A stretch of 63,580 nucleotides of DNA, filler included, from Chiloscyllium plagiosum (lineage: Eukaryota): the NCBI RefSeq assembly GCF_004010195.1. It is 6 parts of one record of this genome, joined end to end, with 100 filler letters (N's around TTAATTAATTAA, not from the genome) between each part and the next. Parts side by side here need not be neighbours in the genome. Positions count along the whole stretch, not along the records: positions 28,446 to 41,666 come from NC_057711.1; positions 41,767 to 53,160 come from NC_057711.1; 4 more parts are not named here. One strand, given 5' to 3'. Under the pieces are notes generated by a model. That model made no database searches and was not told the DNA's origin. It saw only the letters and a program-made list of their open reading frames with translations. Position 1 is the first letter of the stretch. Each line of letters starts with the position of its first letter. Made by a program: the position numbers and the translations under genes. Of the stretch, positions 36,540 to 49,815 are shown one piece after another.

Positions 36540-39500
36540 TATTTCAAAATTTCATTTAGTATTTCATTTTACAACTTGCTATATGTATTATTAGAGAGGG
36601 AAATTGCTCCATGTATTCTAAACAGTGTGAGCTGTGTCATTCATGTTATCACATTAATTATTATGAAATATGATTAGTTATATAAAAGGCAAGGAGATTT
36701 TCTCCTTTGCTTTCTTGTTTCAGACCAAACAAAAATAGCAATTAGCCTTCAACATCTTTAACATAGTAGATTATCCCATGGAGCCATGCACAAAAAACAA
36801 TTTACCAAACAGGCACCAAGTCATATAAGGAATAGAATAGAACAGCAATTTATTATCACTTGTACTTCTGAAAATATGTTGCGAAGTGTATAAGTTGCCA
36901 CAGCTTGGCAGCATTTTGATTAGAGAAACTATAAAAAGAAATAATGGAGACAAAGTTAGGACAAAGTTAATCTTTGTTCCTTCTGTTGATTCTGAGTTTC
37001 TGGACTGATTATGGATTCTGGACCAGACCCACCACATTACACTGCCAAAGCCAATTCAGAAGTCACTGCATCACTGCCATAGCAAGGAGGGACAAAGCAG
37101 ACACACTACGTCACCAATGTTGAAGTCATCACCACTGCCATCGCCACCCAAAACTGCCACATTGCCACCACGTCACCGCCATAGCCACGGGGAACGAACT
37201 GGAACCACTGTGCCACTACTGCTGCAGCCACCGCTGAAACTGCTGCACCACCACCAGGAGGAACATACCAGACCCATCGACAGTGAAGCCTTTGATAAAG
37301 CTGTGACCATTATGGCCATGAGGAACTGACATCCGGATCCACCACTTTGCTGCCCTCGCAATCATCTTTCTCTACCATAGCCACAGAAAAGAAGAAAAGG
37401 TAAACTTTGATACGAAAGAGAAATGAAGAAACAAAACAAAAAAAAACCAAAGGAGAATGTGGCCGACCAGGTGAGCAAGGGCAGGAGCAGGAGCGTATCA
37501 GCACACAGCCCGAACACGTCCTACCCTCCCACTGCTGTCATCTTGAGGAAACAACAGCCTGGTGACCAAAAGAATCTGGGGCAAAGATGGCCAAATAGAA
37601 TCAGGCCATAGATTAGTCAAAGGGCTATGGTTTAAGGAACAGCTTAAAGGAAAAAGAGAGAGGTGGAAAGGTGAAGAGTTAGGTGCACAGAGAGAATTCC
37701 AGAGCTGAGGTCAGTAAACAGCTGAAAACGTGGCTTCCAAAAAAATGGAACAATTCAAATTGGAAATGCGAAAGAGGCCAGAATTGGAAGACTGCAGAAT
37801 CGGAGGTGTTATGGACTGAAGGAGGTTACCCTGCGGAACAGACTGCCCACCTCGTTAAAAGTTGATCGCCATGAATGTTCTCTCTAGTGAATAAAGTGTC
37901 AGGGAGTTAACACACATGTCTCTCCCAACTTTTCCCCAGCATTTCATTTGCTTTAATTGGCTTTCTACTCACCGTTAATCATTTCCTGCTGCTTAATAGA
38001 CAAGCCGTCCTTCTGACGGCTAAGGAAGGGGTTGGCTGAGGCAGAAAGATGCTGTTCAGTGCAGAGTGGTGCCTGCAAACTGACGTGTTGGCCAAAGGTA
38101 CAAATGTTCTCGGCTGCCTGCTTTTCCACTCTCCCTCTTTTGCAGGTGAGAACTTCCCTATGTGTTGTCACTATATTGTGGCTTTGATAAAAGAAAAATC
38201 CCCAAAAAATTGTTCACTGCCCTCATGAAACTGAAAGGCCCTTTGGACAATGGTGCACAATTTTGATTTTATTTGTCAAACCCTGGAGCAGACAGTATTT
38301 TGGCCTGCCTTCCCGGTTGGAATATTCTGCCTGTTGGAAAATAAGATGGAACCATTGACAGTCATAACCAATCCCTTTGATAAGATTCAGTAGTTACAAA
38401 CCACACAAAAATTTATCACCTTGTTAATTATTCCATAGTATTACTTTCTTTAAAAAGCCAATGGTGTGGACTTGCTCTTTCTTTCTTTGGCAAAACTGCT
38501 TAGTAAACCACTCTTTTTTTTCCATCACCTTTGCTTTTGAGAGAGATGTTAAACCATGCAGAGCTCTGCTTTGCCCCTTCTGAGGAGCATAAAAGATTCC
38601 CAACGCAATTTTGAAGAAGAGCAGGCAAGTTTCCCTCTTGCATCCTGCACCAAAATTTCCCCTCAACTAATATCACTAAAAACAAATTCAAATTAGCATA
38701 GCCACAGGTGAGTCTTAAATAGTGTTAAGCATCTTGTGGTGTCTGGGCAATTCTAATTGGAGACAACCATGTCATTTGTTCCTCATTATCAGTATAATGT
38801 AACCTGTACCTTGTTATTGAGATGTAATAAACCTAATCTTGTTACTTAGGATAAATGTCACTTACGCTGAAATTTATTTGTGGTTTGCCATTCAGCAGAA
38901 GCTACTGGAAATTCCCTAGACCAGCACTGGAAGAAGGATTGGTGGCTGCATTCTACTTATGGGCCCCAGGCCTCATCACCATGATTAGACCAATTATCTT
39001 ATGAGTGTTTGTGAAACTTGCTGCATGCAATTGACTCCTGCGATTCCCAAAGTCACATTGCTGACTGAACTTCCAAAAAAATACCTCATTGCCTGTAAAG
39101 CACTTTGGAATGTCCTGATGTTGTGACAGCTGCTATTGAATTCCAGGTCCTTTCTCTTTCACTAATCCTGGTGTCAGTTTGGTTGGGAAAGTACTTATGC
39201 CCAAAATGTTGATTCTCCTGCTCCTCGGATGTTGCCTGACCTGCTGTGCTTTTCCAGCACCACAATCTCAACTCTGATCTCCAGCATCTGCAGTCCTCAC
39301 TTTCTTCTGAAGCAGTATTATACCAGATTTGAAACAGTATATCTGACTTGCTGTCAGACCTGCAGAGTTTTTATTTCAGATTTTCAGATCTTCAGTGTTT
39401 TGATTTTAGTTAATCCTAGAAACTACTCTACTTTTTCACATATTTAAGACAATTAGAAATTACATTGTGAGCATATCAAAGTTGTAATGACCGTTTCCAT

Positions 39501-39800
39501 CTACGATCACTTCCTCAAGCCATCTTTCTGGATGAGCATTGGATATATAAAACTAACACCAAACATCTGTCTGATTGAGCCTCTGCCAGCTGTTCTTTGA
39601 TGTGGTTTTCCATGAAATAATAAATGTGCAAGTGGGCATGACAAGTGTAAACCCAGGTTGAGCCATCAAATGTCACGTGTGAGGGAAAAATCTGAGGCAA
39701 ACATGATGGAAACTGCAGATTAAGGGTCCGTCTTCACAACATGTAATGATATTATCCTTTTGATGCTTGATGCCCCTTTTGTCAGGAATACAAAATAATT
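36540..39800 (-). pseudogene. SMG6: Decayed SMG6-like copy I (EST1 region, fragmented)
   Basis: KVILWNN (end of ORF 38424-38666) ~ DQILWKN. ORF 37965-38171 KRGRVEKQAA...LSASANPFLS ~ KNGRPYNQLA...SLAASNPILT. CLFGKLFFVHG (ORF 36771-37037) ~ HAHGKLFTRIG. Confidence 0.62.
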
Positions 39801-40229
39801 TGTCTGCATTTCATACTTGTCAGAATCCTTAGGACAGATTCAAATTTATATTTCCCTAACTTTGGAACTCCTGAAGTGCTTTTGGAAGTGTAGTTGGTGT
39901 TGTAACCCAAGAGTTGCAGCAGTAAAATCCCTCAAAAAGCAAGATGATAGTGAACAAATTGTCTGCTTTTTAATGATGGTTGAGTTGAGGGACAAGTATT
40001 GACCAGAACTTCTCTGTTCATTTTCAAAGCCATGGCCATGGGATTCTTCTATGCCCACCTGTGGGAGCAGACAAGGTTGTTTCTCATTTGAAGGATGGCA
40101 CCTCCAACAGTGCAGCACTCTCTCTCAACCACACACTTGGAGTGTTATCCTTGGATTCTGTGCTCAACTGTCAGGAGTGGATGTTAAATTAATGACCTTC
40201 TGAATGATACACAAGTGCTATATAGCTGA

Positions 40230-41370
40230 CCCATAAGAAAATTGTCATGTCTTTCAACAATAGCAACCATTTTGAGCAGTGGCTTCTATAAAAATTACTG
40301 GCAGGCTGTTCACCGTATCACTGTGTAAGGTTTGTTTTTTTATGGTCTGATCTTCTTACTTCATGCGACTCATTTTACACTAATAATGAGATGTGGTTTA
40401 CCATAAGATGTGATTTATTATGGTTGAAATGCGGGATAAATATATATACCACGTTACAAAACTAGTTTTATTCTCTAATATCCCAAGTACCCTTGTAGAT
40501 GGAAACTGCCATTACAATATTAATATGCTCACAAAATCATTTCTAATTATTTTAAAAATACATGAAAAGGAAGAATAGTTTCTAGGATTAACAAAAAGCA
40601 AAACACTGTGGATGCTGAAATTCTTTAATATTTATGCCCAGACATTAGTTTAAAATCTGCTTTGGGGGTGCAAGATGTTAAAAAGTATACACTACCCCGA
40701 TTACAGCTGGTTGAACTGGAGGTTACACTTCTTGCTCCCAAAGTTCCTGCTTCTTGGTCCTGATTTCTCTGGCGTGTGTGAGAGGTCCCTCTGATTTGAG
40801 TGGCTTCTTTTAACTAGTTATCTGGGTATTTTCTGAGTCCAGTGGCTTAGCAGTAGTTTGATGTAACAATATATTTAACATAATTTAAATTGAGTTTCTA
40901 TCTGAGGAAAGGTGTTGCAAAAGACAGTATTGGATATTGCAATTTTCCCTATTGATTGAGCTGACCCTATGAGTCGAGCTGTCTCAAAAACAGTTCTACT
41001 GAAACTCCGGTCTATTGCTCCACCTGAAACTTTGCTGCATCATCTCTTCAATAACCCTTTCGCTGGTCAGTGATTGGCTTGCATAACTGCCCAGCTTTCT
41101 TCAATTTGACAATGAATGCTGCAAGCTTCCTAGCTTAATATCACTGTTCCATTGTCTCATTAACACCTACGCAGTGCAATATAATCAACCAAGGTAACAA
41201 GTTTGCATACATGACCACCTGGCCTGATCCAATTCCCAGCAACTGTTCAGTTAGACTGTTTTCCCAGCATGCCATTCAATTGGCTAGTATTGCTTTCAGT
41301 GTCCCAAATGAGCTGTTATTTTATTTAGAAGGATATTCCACTACCAACAACTGTCCACGACCAAGATGAT
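40230..41370 (-). pseudogene. SMG6: Decayed SMG6-like copy J, C-terminal half
   Basis: TLKAILA ~ DLKELLP; RVSVELFLRQL ~ RVTVLKYFLEAL; AREIRTKKQEL (40741-40773) ~ IRELRAKKLAL; ITSYG ~ LTSRG. Confidence 0.7.
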
Positions 41371-41389
41371 TAGACTGAGTTAATTTCTG

Positions 41390-42057
41390 CCCCCACGTCG
41401 ATCTCCGCCCTCACGCTTAACTCCACCCCCACTCCCAGCTCCAGCCCCACACCAGGTCCTAGCTCCCAGCCCTGCCGTATTTTCACCATCCCTCCAGACC
41501 TCCCCCTCTCTGAGGATGAACGATCAGTCCTCAGCAGAGGCCTCACCTTCATCCCCCACACGTCCCAGATCAATGAGTTTGACACGTAGCGAGAGATCGA
41601 GCATTTCTTCCGCCACCTTCGCCCCCGCACCTACTTCTTCAACCAGGACTCTCGCCCACCCTCTGANNNNNNNNNNNNNNNNNNNNNNNNNNNNNNNNNN
41701 NNNNNNNNNNTTAATTAATTAANNNNNNNNNNNNNNNNNNNNNNNNNNNNNNNNNNNNNNNNNNNNATTCAGCACCGCCCTCTTGACCTGCAGTCTTCTT
41801 CCCGACCTCTCCGCCCCCACCCCCTCTCCGGCCTTTCACCCTCACCCTCACCTCCTTCCACCTATCGTATTCCCAGCGCCCCTCCCACCCCCACCTCTTT
41901 TATCAGCCTGCTTGGCACACCAGCCTCATTCCTGAAGAAGGGCTTATGCCCGAAACATCGATTCTCCTGCTCCTCGGATGCTGCCTGGCCTGCTGCGCTT
42001 TTCCAGCACCACACTTTTCAACTCTGGCCTCCAACATCTGCAGTCCTCACTTTCTCT
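41390..42057 (+). mobile_element. Penelope-like element spanning an assembly gap
   Basis: EDERSVLSRGLTFIP N-terminal motif; hammerhead-bearing tail at 41930-42055. Confidence 0.85.
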
Positions 42058-42514
42058 GAGTTAAGGTTCAGATTAGCAAGAATCTAATTGAATTGCAAAA
42101 CAAGTCTGATAGGCTAGATGGCCTCCTTATGTTCCTAGGTGTTTCTGCCAGGACTAAGGAAGCTTCTCCACTAGTCTCTGGTCTTGTCAATTTGACTAAT
42201 GCTGGTGTGAATTGTAGATGCCCCTATGAGTAGTTCCAATAGCACCTCCACCATACCTGCATGATACACACCCATCCCACCTCCAGAATACATCGCTGTT
42301 CCTTCATTTTCAGTGGACCACAATCTTTGCCTTGCAGGCTGCAGTAGTTCATGAAACCAGCTTGCCACTTCTCAAATTCAACATTGATGATACTCTCACT
42401 CTGAGAATGAATTAAAAAGGAGATTACCTGTCACTGAGAAAGTCCTGGTACTTGAATTTGCTCCTGTTAAAATGACAACATGAATTGCATTCAGTCTAAT
42501 TATAGTTCATCAGT

Positions 42515-42826
42515 TAGATTAGATTTCCTACAGTGCGGAAACAAGTCCTTCGGCCCAACAAGTCCACATCGACCCTCCAAAGAGTAACCCTCCCAGACCT
42601 ATTTCCCTTTGACTAACGCACCTAACACTATGGGCAATTTAGCATGGCCAATTCACCTGACTTGCACATATTTGGACTGTGGGAAGAAACTGGAGCACCC
42701 GGAGGAAACCCACGCAGACACAGGGAGAATGTGCAAACTCCACACAGACAGTCACCCAAGGTTGGAATCGAACCCATGTCCCTGGTGCTGTGAGGCAGCG
42801 GTGCTAACCACTGAGCCACCATGCAC
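42515..42826 (-). mobile_element. HE1-like SINE
   Basis: Colinear with 22976-23290. Confidence 0.9.
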
Positions 42827-42979
42827 CCCCCTCCGCCCCCAGATTGATTTCTGAAACATCAATTCCTGTTTACCTTTACAAGCCTACATTTACCCCAGGA
42901 TTTTGTCACCGCAGAATAGATCATGGAGGTACTACAGAGGAGAAAGAGACTATTCAGCCTGTTGTGTTCGTACTGGGAA

Positions 42980-44370
42980 GGAAGATATGAAGGAAATTAG
43001 AAGGAGTAAACAAAAGCACAGTGAAGAAGTTAATGGGACTGAAAGCTGATAAAACCCCTGGATAATCTACATGTCAGGATATTAAAGCAGATGGTCAGGG
43101 GAATAATGGATACAATGGTAGGATCTTTAATAATTCTGCAGGTTCTGGAATAGTCTCAGCAGACTGGAGGGTGACAAATATAACCCCATTATTTAAAAAT
43201 AGAGGGAGAGAGAACAATGAATTGCAGAGAAGTTGGCCTAAAGTCAGTAGGTGTAAAAATGCTGGAGTCTATTATAAAAGATGTGATAACATGTTATTTT
43301 AAAAATACCAACAGTATTAAACAGTCAATATTTACTGATATTCTTTGAGGATGTAACAAGTAGAATAGATGAGGGAGAACCAGTGGATGTGCTGTATTGG
43401 GATTTTCAGAAAGCTTTTGATGAAATTCCACATACGTGGTTATTGTGCAAATTCAAAGCACATGGGATTGGTGGTAACACACTGGCATGGCTTGAGAATT
43501 GAATACCAGCCAGGAAATGAGAAGAGGTGTAGATGGGTCTGTTTTGGAATGAAAGGTGATGACAAGAGTAATGCGTGTACGATAAATATAAAGTTGTCCA
43601 TTTTAGAAGAAAAGCCGAATGTATTATGTATTTAAAACATTATTTAAAAGGTGATAAATGGGCAAGTTGATTTTTAAAGGGATCCGAGCATCATTGTGTG
43701 CTAGTTGTTGAAAGGGAGCATGTAGGTGCAGCAAGTGGTTATGAAGGTAAATGATTTTTTGGCCTTTGGTCTGAATACAGGAGCAAGGAAGTCTTATTGC
43801 AAGTGTGTTGGGCCTTGCTGAGAGTACATCAAGAGTACTGGGCATGGCTTTGGCCATCTTATCTAAGAAAAAATATACTTGCCACAGAAGGGTGTGCAAT
43901 GAAGCTTCACCACACTGATTCCTGGGATGATATATGAGGAGAGACTGGGTCAGTTGGGCCGTATTCATGAGAGTTTCGAAGAATGAGCAGGGGGGTTCTC
44001 AATGAAACATATAAAATTGTGACACAGCTGAATAAACTGGATACAAGGCTGATGTTTCCCTGGTCAAAGATCCAGGTGAAATGGGTTACAGTCTCAGGAT
44101 ATGGGGTATGCCATTCTGCACACAGATGGGGAGACATTTCTTCACTCATAGAGTGAACCTGTGGAATTCCCTACCATTGAAAATTGTGGAGGTGAGGTCA
44201 CTGGATATATTTAAGAAAGAAAGAAAGAAAGAAATAGATTTCAGAAGTTAGGGGTTATGGGGGCGAGCAAGCAGGAGTATGGCATTGTGTTCGAGAGTCA
44301 GTCATGATCTTGTTGAATTAGCTCAATGGGCTGAATGGCTTACTCCTGTTCCTATTTTCTATGTTTCTAA
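42980..44370 (+). mobile_element. Old CR1 ORF2 fragment
   Basis: LKADKTPG, DWRVTNITPLFK and LDFQKAFD motifs; tail CCTATTTTCTATGTTTCT. Confidence 0.8.
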
Positions 44371-44599
44371 GGAGAACAACCTCAGCTTGTAGCTAAATTC
44401 CCTCATCCCTGGAACTATTCTATTAAGACACCTCTTAAGACCAGCACATCCTGCTTATAGTGTACTGACTAGAGTGGGAGGCTATTCCTTTGTTGTGGGC
44501 TAAACAGATTTTTATAAAGTTTCAGCATAGCCTCTTTGCCTTTATCCTCTCTAAGCTGGGGTTTGACCTTACAAAGTTCACATCGCAGACCTTCAAAAC

Positions 44600-45010
44600 T
44601 TTGCACAGATTTATAGTATAATAGATGTTCCCTTAATTACGTAGGTGAGATACAGCCAATCGATTCATTCGATTACTTATATACACTCAATTTGTTTACA
44701 CAAATTTTTTTTTTGTCTAGGTTCACCAGACAGTGTGCAAATAATGATATTTCTGGCACTGGGTTCCCTGGGAGCAGTTGGACTCCTTCTGTTGCTCTGT
44801 TATTCTTTAGTATGGTATGTACAATCTTCTCACTGATCACTTTTACTGCAGTTTTTGCCTCTGTGTTGGGCCACATTCTGCTGAAACCCTTATATATGCC
44901 TTGGTTACTTTCAGATGGGAATGTTCCCTTGCTCTTCTGAATGGCATCCATCTTCCAACCTCCATAAACTTGGGCTCATCTGAGAGTCTGCCTCCATATC
45001 CTGACTCGTG
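44600..45010 (-). pseudogene. Possible SMG6-like EST1 fragment (may be the 5' part of copy J)
   Basis: ORF 44673-44951 AHCLVNLD resembles the EST1 motif QRCMICQGD (SMG6) or QHCLVHLGD (SMG7), followed by CISPT ~ HIAPK. Weak match. Confidence 0.35.
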
Positions 45011-45299
45011 TTAAGTCCTGTTCATTCATCACTTCCTGGGAGCTTATATTGGCTCCCTATCTAGGGAGACCTCGAATTTAAAATGTCGTCCTTGCTTTCA
45101 AATCTCCTTTATTGGCTCTCACTCCACCCCTACCTCAGTAACCTTATACAACTCCTCCAAGGTTTCTGTACTCAAGTCTCTGGATTTCTATCTCTCTGTC
45201 ATTGATGGTTGAGGCTAACGTTCTCAAATTCCCTTCCTAAACCTCTCTACTCTAGTCTTCTCCTTTAAGATTCTGATTAAGATTTGCTAACTGATTAAC

Positions 45300-47640
45300 A
45301 CCCTTTTCTCATGTAGTACAAATTGTTACCCCCTTTGGAATTTGGCATCCTTCACACAGCGTTGATGAGGTCAAAATCTTGCACAGTGGGTCTCTTTTCT
45401 CAGTAGTATCTTAGTGCTTTACTTGCTTGTGAGTTAATTTATTACTTGTCCATGGTTTTATTGCATCAGTCATTGTTAGCCATTAGCAATGAGTGTGAAG
45501 CTATAAATACAGTGTCATTGATGCTTCTAGATCAAACATAGTATCAGCGGTTCTCCACCAAGTTTACTACTTTGTGAACCTCCGATCTGACCAAGCCTCT
45601 AGGAATGGGGCAACAATAATCCCCAGTAACCGGAAGATCCATCACAACCTGGTCTATTTAACTCTACCGTGTCTGTAAAATGGAGAGACAGAGAGGTGAA
45701 AAATAGTTCATTTTCAAAAATCCTCTTTTCCTCTAGGAGCTTCAAGATAAGATGACAGGACTTGACAATGACACTGACAAGTTAAATGTAAGTTATAAAA
45801 CAAAAATTGCTTCCTTGTTTGAGGGTGGCAGTGTTTTGCAACCTTATGGTATTTCAGTCATCCTGTCTGTGCACTGACTGTGGCCACTTGGTATGTAACT
45901 AATCATGCAACTTGATGTCAGTACAGAAGGTTTTATAGCAGGTGTCAAATATGACACAATGGGTTGGAAGTTCAAATCCCATTCCAATGACTTCAGCAAT
46001 GTAAATCCAGGCTGACAGTCACCATCAAGTCTGTGCTGGTGTGGTGTTTTTCAGGTCAGACACTGAACTTGAGGCTATCTTACCTTGTGAGTGGACAAAA
46101 ACAGTTCCAGGACCTAGATTTGAAGAAGAATTGGGTGGTTTACTTGGGTCCTTGGCCATATGTATCCATACATCGGCATTGGCCAAAACAGATTACCTGG
46201 GTTGTTATTGCATTGCTCTGTGTGGGAGTTTGCTGTGCATAAATTGACTGTCATTCCTACTTTACAATAATGACCACACTTCAGAAAATGCTGCAATGGC
46301 CATAAACTGCTTTCAGACACTCGCTGAGTTTGAAAGGTGGTTCCTATTTGTACACAATTTTCATAGCACCTTGAAAACTGGTTGACCTCCCAAATAGAAT
46401 CTCTGGCAGAATTCTTTTGGTAGTGATGGGCATCTCGGCTGTTGTCTGGAGGGCTGCTGAGAGTCCTGCACACCTCTTAGGGAACATCCAGTGCCTTAGC
46501 ATTATCTCCTCATGGGGAGCTTCCCGTTTGCCACTGATAGACACTTGGCAGGGCAATCATTAATAATAAACCAACCTTTGACTTTCCCACCATGAGCTTG
46601 ATTGGAATAGGAATTGGACAGGCAGGAGGCTGTAAGAACACAGTAAGCCAGGCAGCATCAGGAGGTGGAGAAGTAGACCTTTCGAGTATAACCCTTCTTC
46701 AGGAATGGAGGTGGGGGTAGGGGAAGCTGCAATTAAAGGAGGGGAGGCGGGTTTTGGGTGGGGTGAGGGACGGAATGGTGAGGTAGTGATAGGTGAACAC
46801 AAGTTGGGGGTACAACCCTGGTTGGTTGATGGGAGAGATAAATCTGGTTGGTAGCTGGAAGGAAGGGTGTGCAGATGGAATGGAAGGGAGGAGGTGGGGT
46901 TGAAAAGGGAATCAAGGATGAGTGGGAAGGTTATTTGAAATTGGAGAATTCAACGTTGAGTCCTCCAGGCTGTAAGGGCTGGACAGGGAATCGGATTGGA
47001 ATAGGGGCAGTGTTCAGGTTGCCGCCCACCAGCCTCCTAACTGATCACATGACCCGTCTCCCCCACCCTGGCCAGTTGCCACGAGGAGGGCACTAGGTTG
47101 CACCCACCATCTTTGTGTTTTCTCTTTAGCTCCTGCTGTTCAAGTTTGCTCAGGAATTGTATTGAACCTCTTGAAGGGAAGATGCATAAACATGTGAGGG
47201 AGGGAAAAACAGAATGTGCTGATGCGGTCAAATGGAAAGTAGGGGGAAGACTTGTGCAGGACATAAACACCAATGTGAATCAATAGGACATATGGTCTGT
47301 TTCTGCTGGAGACTTCTACGTAATGTTATTTCCATGGATGAGCAATTGGCAAGATAAAGGATGTGGGAAACAATTCATTTGCAAAATTTTATGTGAAATT
47401 TATTCACTTGTTTTTTAAACAGATAAACAAAGGAAGATCCACTGTTCCACTGGCTGTTCAGTGAATTTCAACCATTCCAGCAATGTTTTAAAACATAAGA
47501 ACAAAACAGAAAATGGTCAGGCTATCAAACCATGAAATATACTTGGACCTTACTCCAGAAAACTTCAAATATTGTTAGCTTCTTCTGCTGTTAAATAGAC
47601 TGTAATTGTGAACCTTTTATTTATTTGTATAGTTTAAGCT
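45300..47640 (-). pseudogene. SMG6: Decayed SMG6-like copy K
   Basis: INKRFTI (47604-47624) ~ LNKRFIL; KLLEEKRIF ~ LILEEDRLL; FLEAW ~ FLEAL; ASKALRY ~ ARKSIEF; RDPLCKILTS (45366-45395) ~ RDSCLRALTS. Confidence 0.72.
46610..46975 (-). mobile_element. Penelope-type 3' fragment (different subfamily)
   Basis: Reverse complement LQPGGLNVEFSNF and CTGAAGAAGGGTTATACTCGAAA. Confidence 0.7.
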
Positions 47641-48249
47641 GCTTCTAACTAAAATAAAATTGATTCCAAGAACTTGAGAGCAAATTCCAGGCTGACACTC
47701 ATTGGTGTACCCTTCCTCAGTATTACATTCAGTTGCTGTCTTTTGACTGAGGCATTTAGCCCAGATCTTGTCTATTTTATTGAGTGCACGAGAATATCCT
47801 ACAGCAATATTGTGATGAAGAGCAGGCAAGTTCTCCCTGGTCTCCTGGCGGATGTTTACCCCTTAACCAATATCACCAACAGAGATTATCTGGTTGTTGT
47901 TTGTTGGGGCTTGCTGTTTTCAAGTAACTGCTGCATTTTGAGCATTTCCTCAGCAATCACATCTCAGAAAAGTGCTTCACTGCATTTAAAGTATATCCTG
48001 GGATTGTGCAAGGTGCTAATTAAATGCAAACCCTTCCTTAAAAATCAGTGGTAATGATTTTCATTAGTGTTCATCTGTTCTACAGAAATATTGACCCTGA
48101 GAGGCATTGAACCACAATGATGTAATCCCAGCAAATGACCAAGTGCTCACTCTAATATCTGTGGTACTCTTCCATATTTGGGCTGTAAGGAACTTCCATT
48201 AATGTGTCAGCCTCCACAGCGGGCATTAACTGTGAATCAAAGGCATCCC

Positions 48250-49000
48250 TTAATCACAGAATTGTTACAGTGCAGGAGGAGGCCATTTGGCCCATCGTGG
48301 CTATACCGACTCTATCATCTAGTGCCAATTTCCTGCCTTTTCCCTATTCCCCTTGCACATTACTTCTATCCAAATAACTATCCAATGCCCTCTTGAATGC
48401 CTCAGTTGGACCTTCCCCAACTATGTTTCCAGGCTGTGCACTCTATAACCTTGCCACTGGCTATGTGAAAATGGTTTTTCTCATATCATCCTTACTGCAT
48501 TTGCACATCACTTTAAATCCATGCTCGCCTTTTCTTTTATGAACAGGTTAGTGACAGACTCTCCCTATCTATTCGAACAAGCCCACTCATGATTTTGAAA
48601 ATCTCTATCAAATCTTCTCTCCAAGGAACACAGTCCCAACTTCTTCAATCATAACAGAAATTTCACAATCCTTGAGCCATACTTGTAAATCGCTTCTGCA
48701 CTCTCCCATGCATTCACATCTTTCCTATAATGTGATGCTGTACACACAATTGTAGACAAATATCCCAGCTGAGGTCTACAGATATTTTGTACAAGTTCAA
48801 CATCAACTCCCTGCCCTTGTACTCTATGCTAAAGCTGAGGACACTGAATGCTTCCTTAACTGTTCTCTATCCGCCTGTCCTGCCACCTTCAGTGATCTGT
48901 GCACTTATCCATCCCACTCCATCTGCTCCTGCACCCCATTCAGAATCATATCCCCTATTTTATATTGTCTTTCAATGTTCTCTGACCAAAGTGTCATTAA
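48250..49000 (-). mobile_element. CR1 3' fragment (degenerate)
   Basis: Reverse complement has VQKRFTSM and RRFDRDFQNHE-type sequence plus a 3' tail. Confidence 0.7.
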
Positions 49001-49179
49001 AGATATACAGATGATTAGGAAATGGTAACTATATTTCGGGCTGCAGGGGTTGGAATGTTTATTTTTAAATAAGAAAGATAAATGAAAATCTCAGCAATTC
49101 AGGCCGTGTCTGGGGACAGAAACAAAGTTATTCTTTCAAGTCTATGGTGTTTCAGCAGAACTGAAGGGAAATAGAAAAG

Positions 49180-49790
49180 TAGGAGGTTAAGGCCACAAAA
49201 CTCTGATTAGGGTCGGAAACCCTATTTCACATACATTTAGATGACTTTCAGAAATTCCTGGACAGGATCTTCCTGCTATGAAACACGGGAGAATGTCAAG
49301 GAATTCTCACGGCTACCCAGGGAAAGAAACAGCATTGAAATCAAAACTCATTTTGCAGCAGTCAGATGCTGTGGCTGGTGATTTAAAATCCTGCAGCACA
49401 GCTGGACACTTACCATTTCCTGTGAAAAGGTGAGTGTGTAAGGCAAGTAAGGACTGTGATATATGTTTCTATGATACCACATGCAGCCATTATTGTTACA
49501 TTCTAGTATCTCACACCCTCCTTGATGTAATAGCTGCAGGTTGGAGAGAAACAGGATACTACAAGCTTGAGTCTGATGGGACTCAGTTAAGTGACAAATT
49601 TGTGAGTGGGATATGTTGGCATCTTATGAATCGAATGCTAATATTGTCTTGCTGCATAATTGAATTATGTCTTATAGATACTAGCATTCCACTTAACACC
49701 CATGATTAAAATGTAATTTATCTTCTAATGACTCAATCATTGCCACATCATTAACTCTTCTAAACTTACAACTCTACCTCTAAATAAGTA
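49180..49790 (-). pseudogene. SMG6: Decayed SMG6-like segment L
   Basis: ARQY*HSIHKMP ~ ARSWYLKAQHIAP; SLLALHTHLFTGNGKCPAVLQDF (~49385-49453) ~ SFLHAHGKLFTRIGMETFPAVAEKVLKEF. Confidence 0.65.
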
Positions 49791-49815
49791 TAAATGGGCC
49801 TTCACACTGACACTA

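Noticed and set aside
37020..37550. CCA/CTG-rich ORFs (37117-37329 and others)
   Set aside because: Low-complexity, probably part of an unclassified repeat; no protein family recognised.
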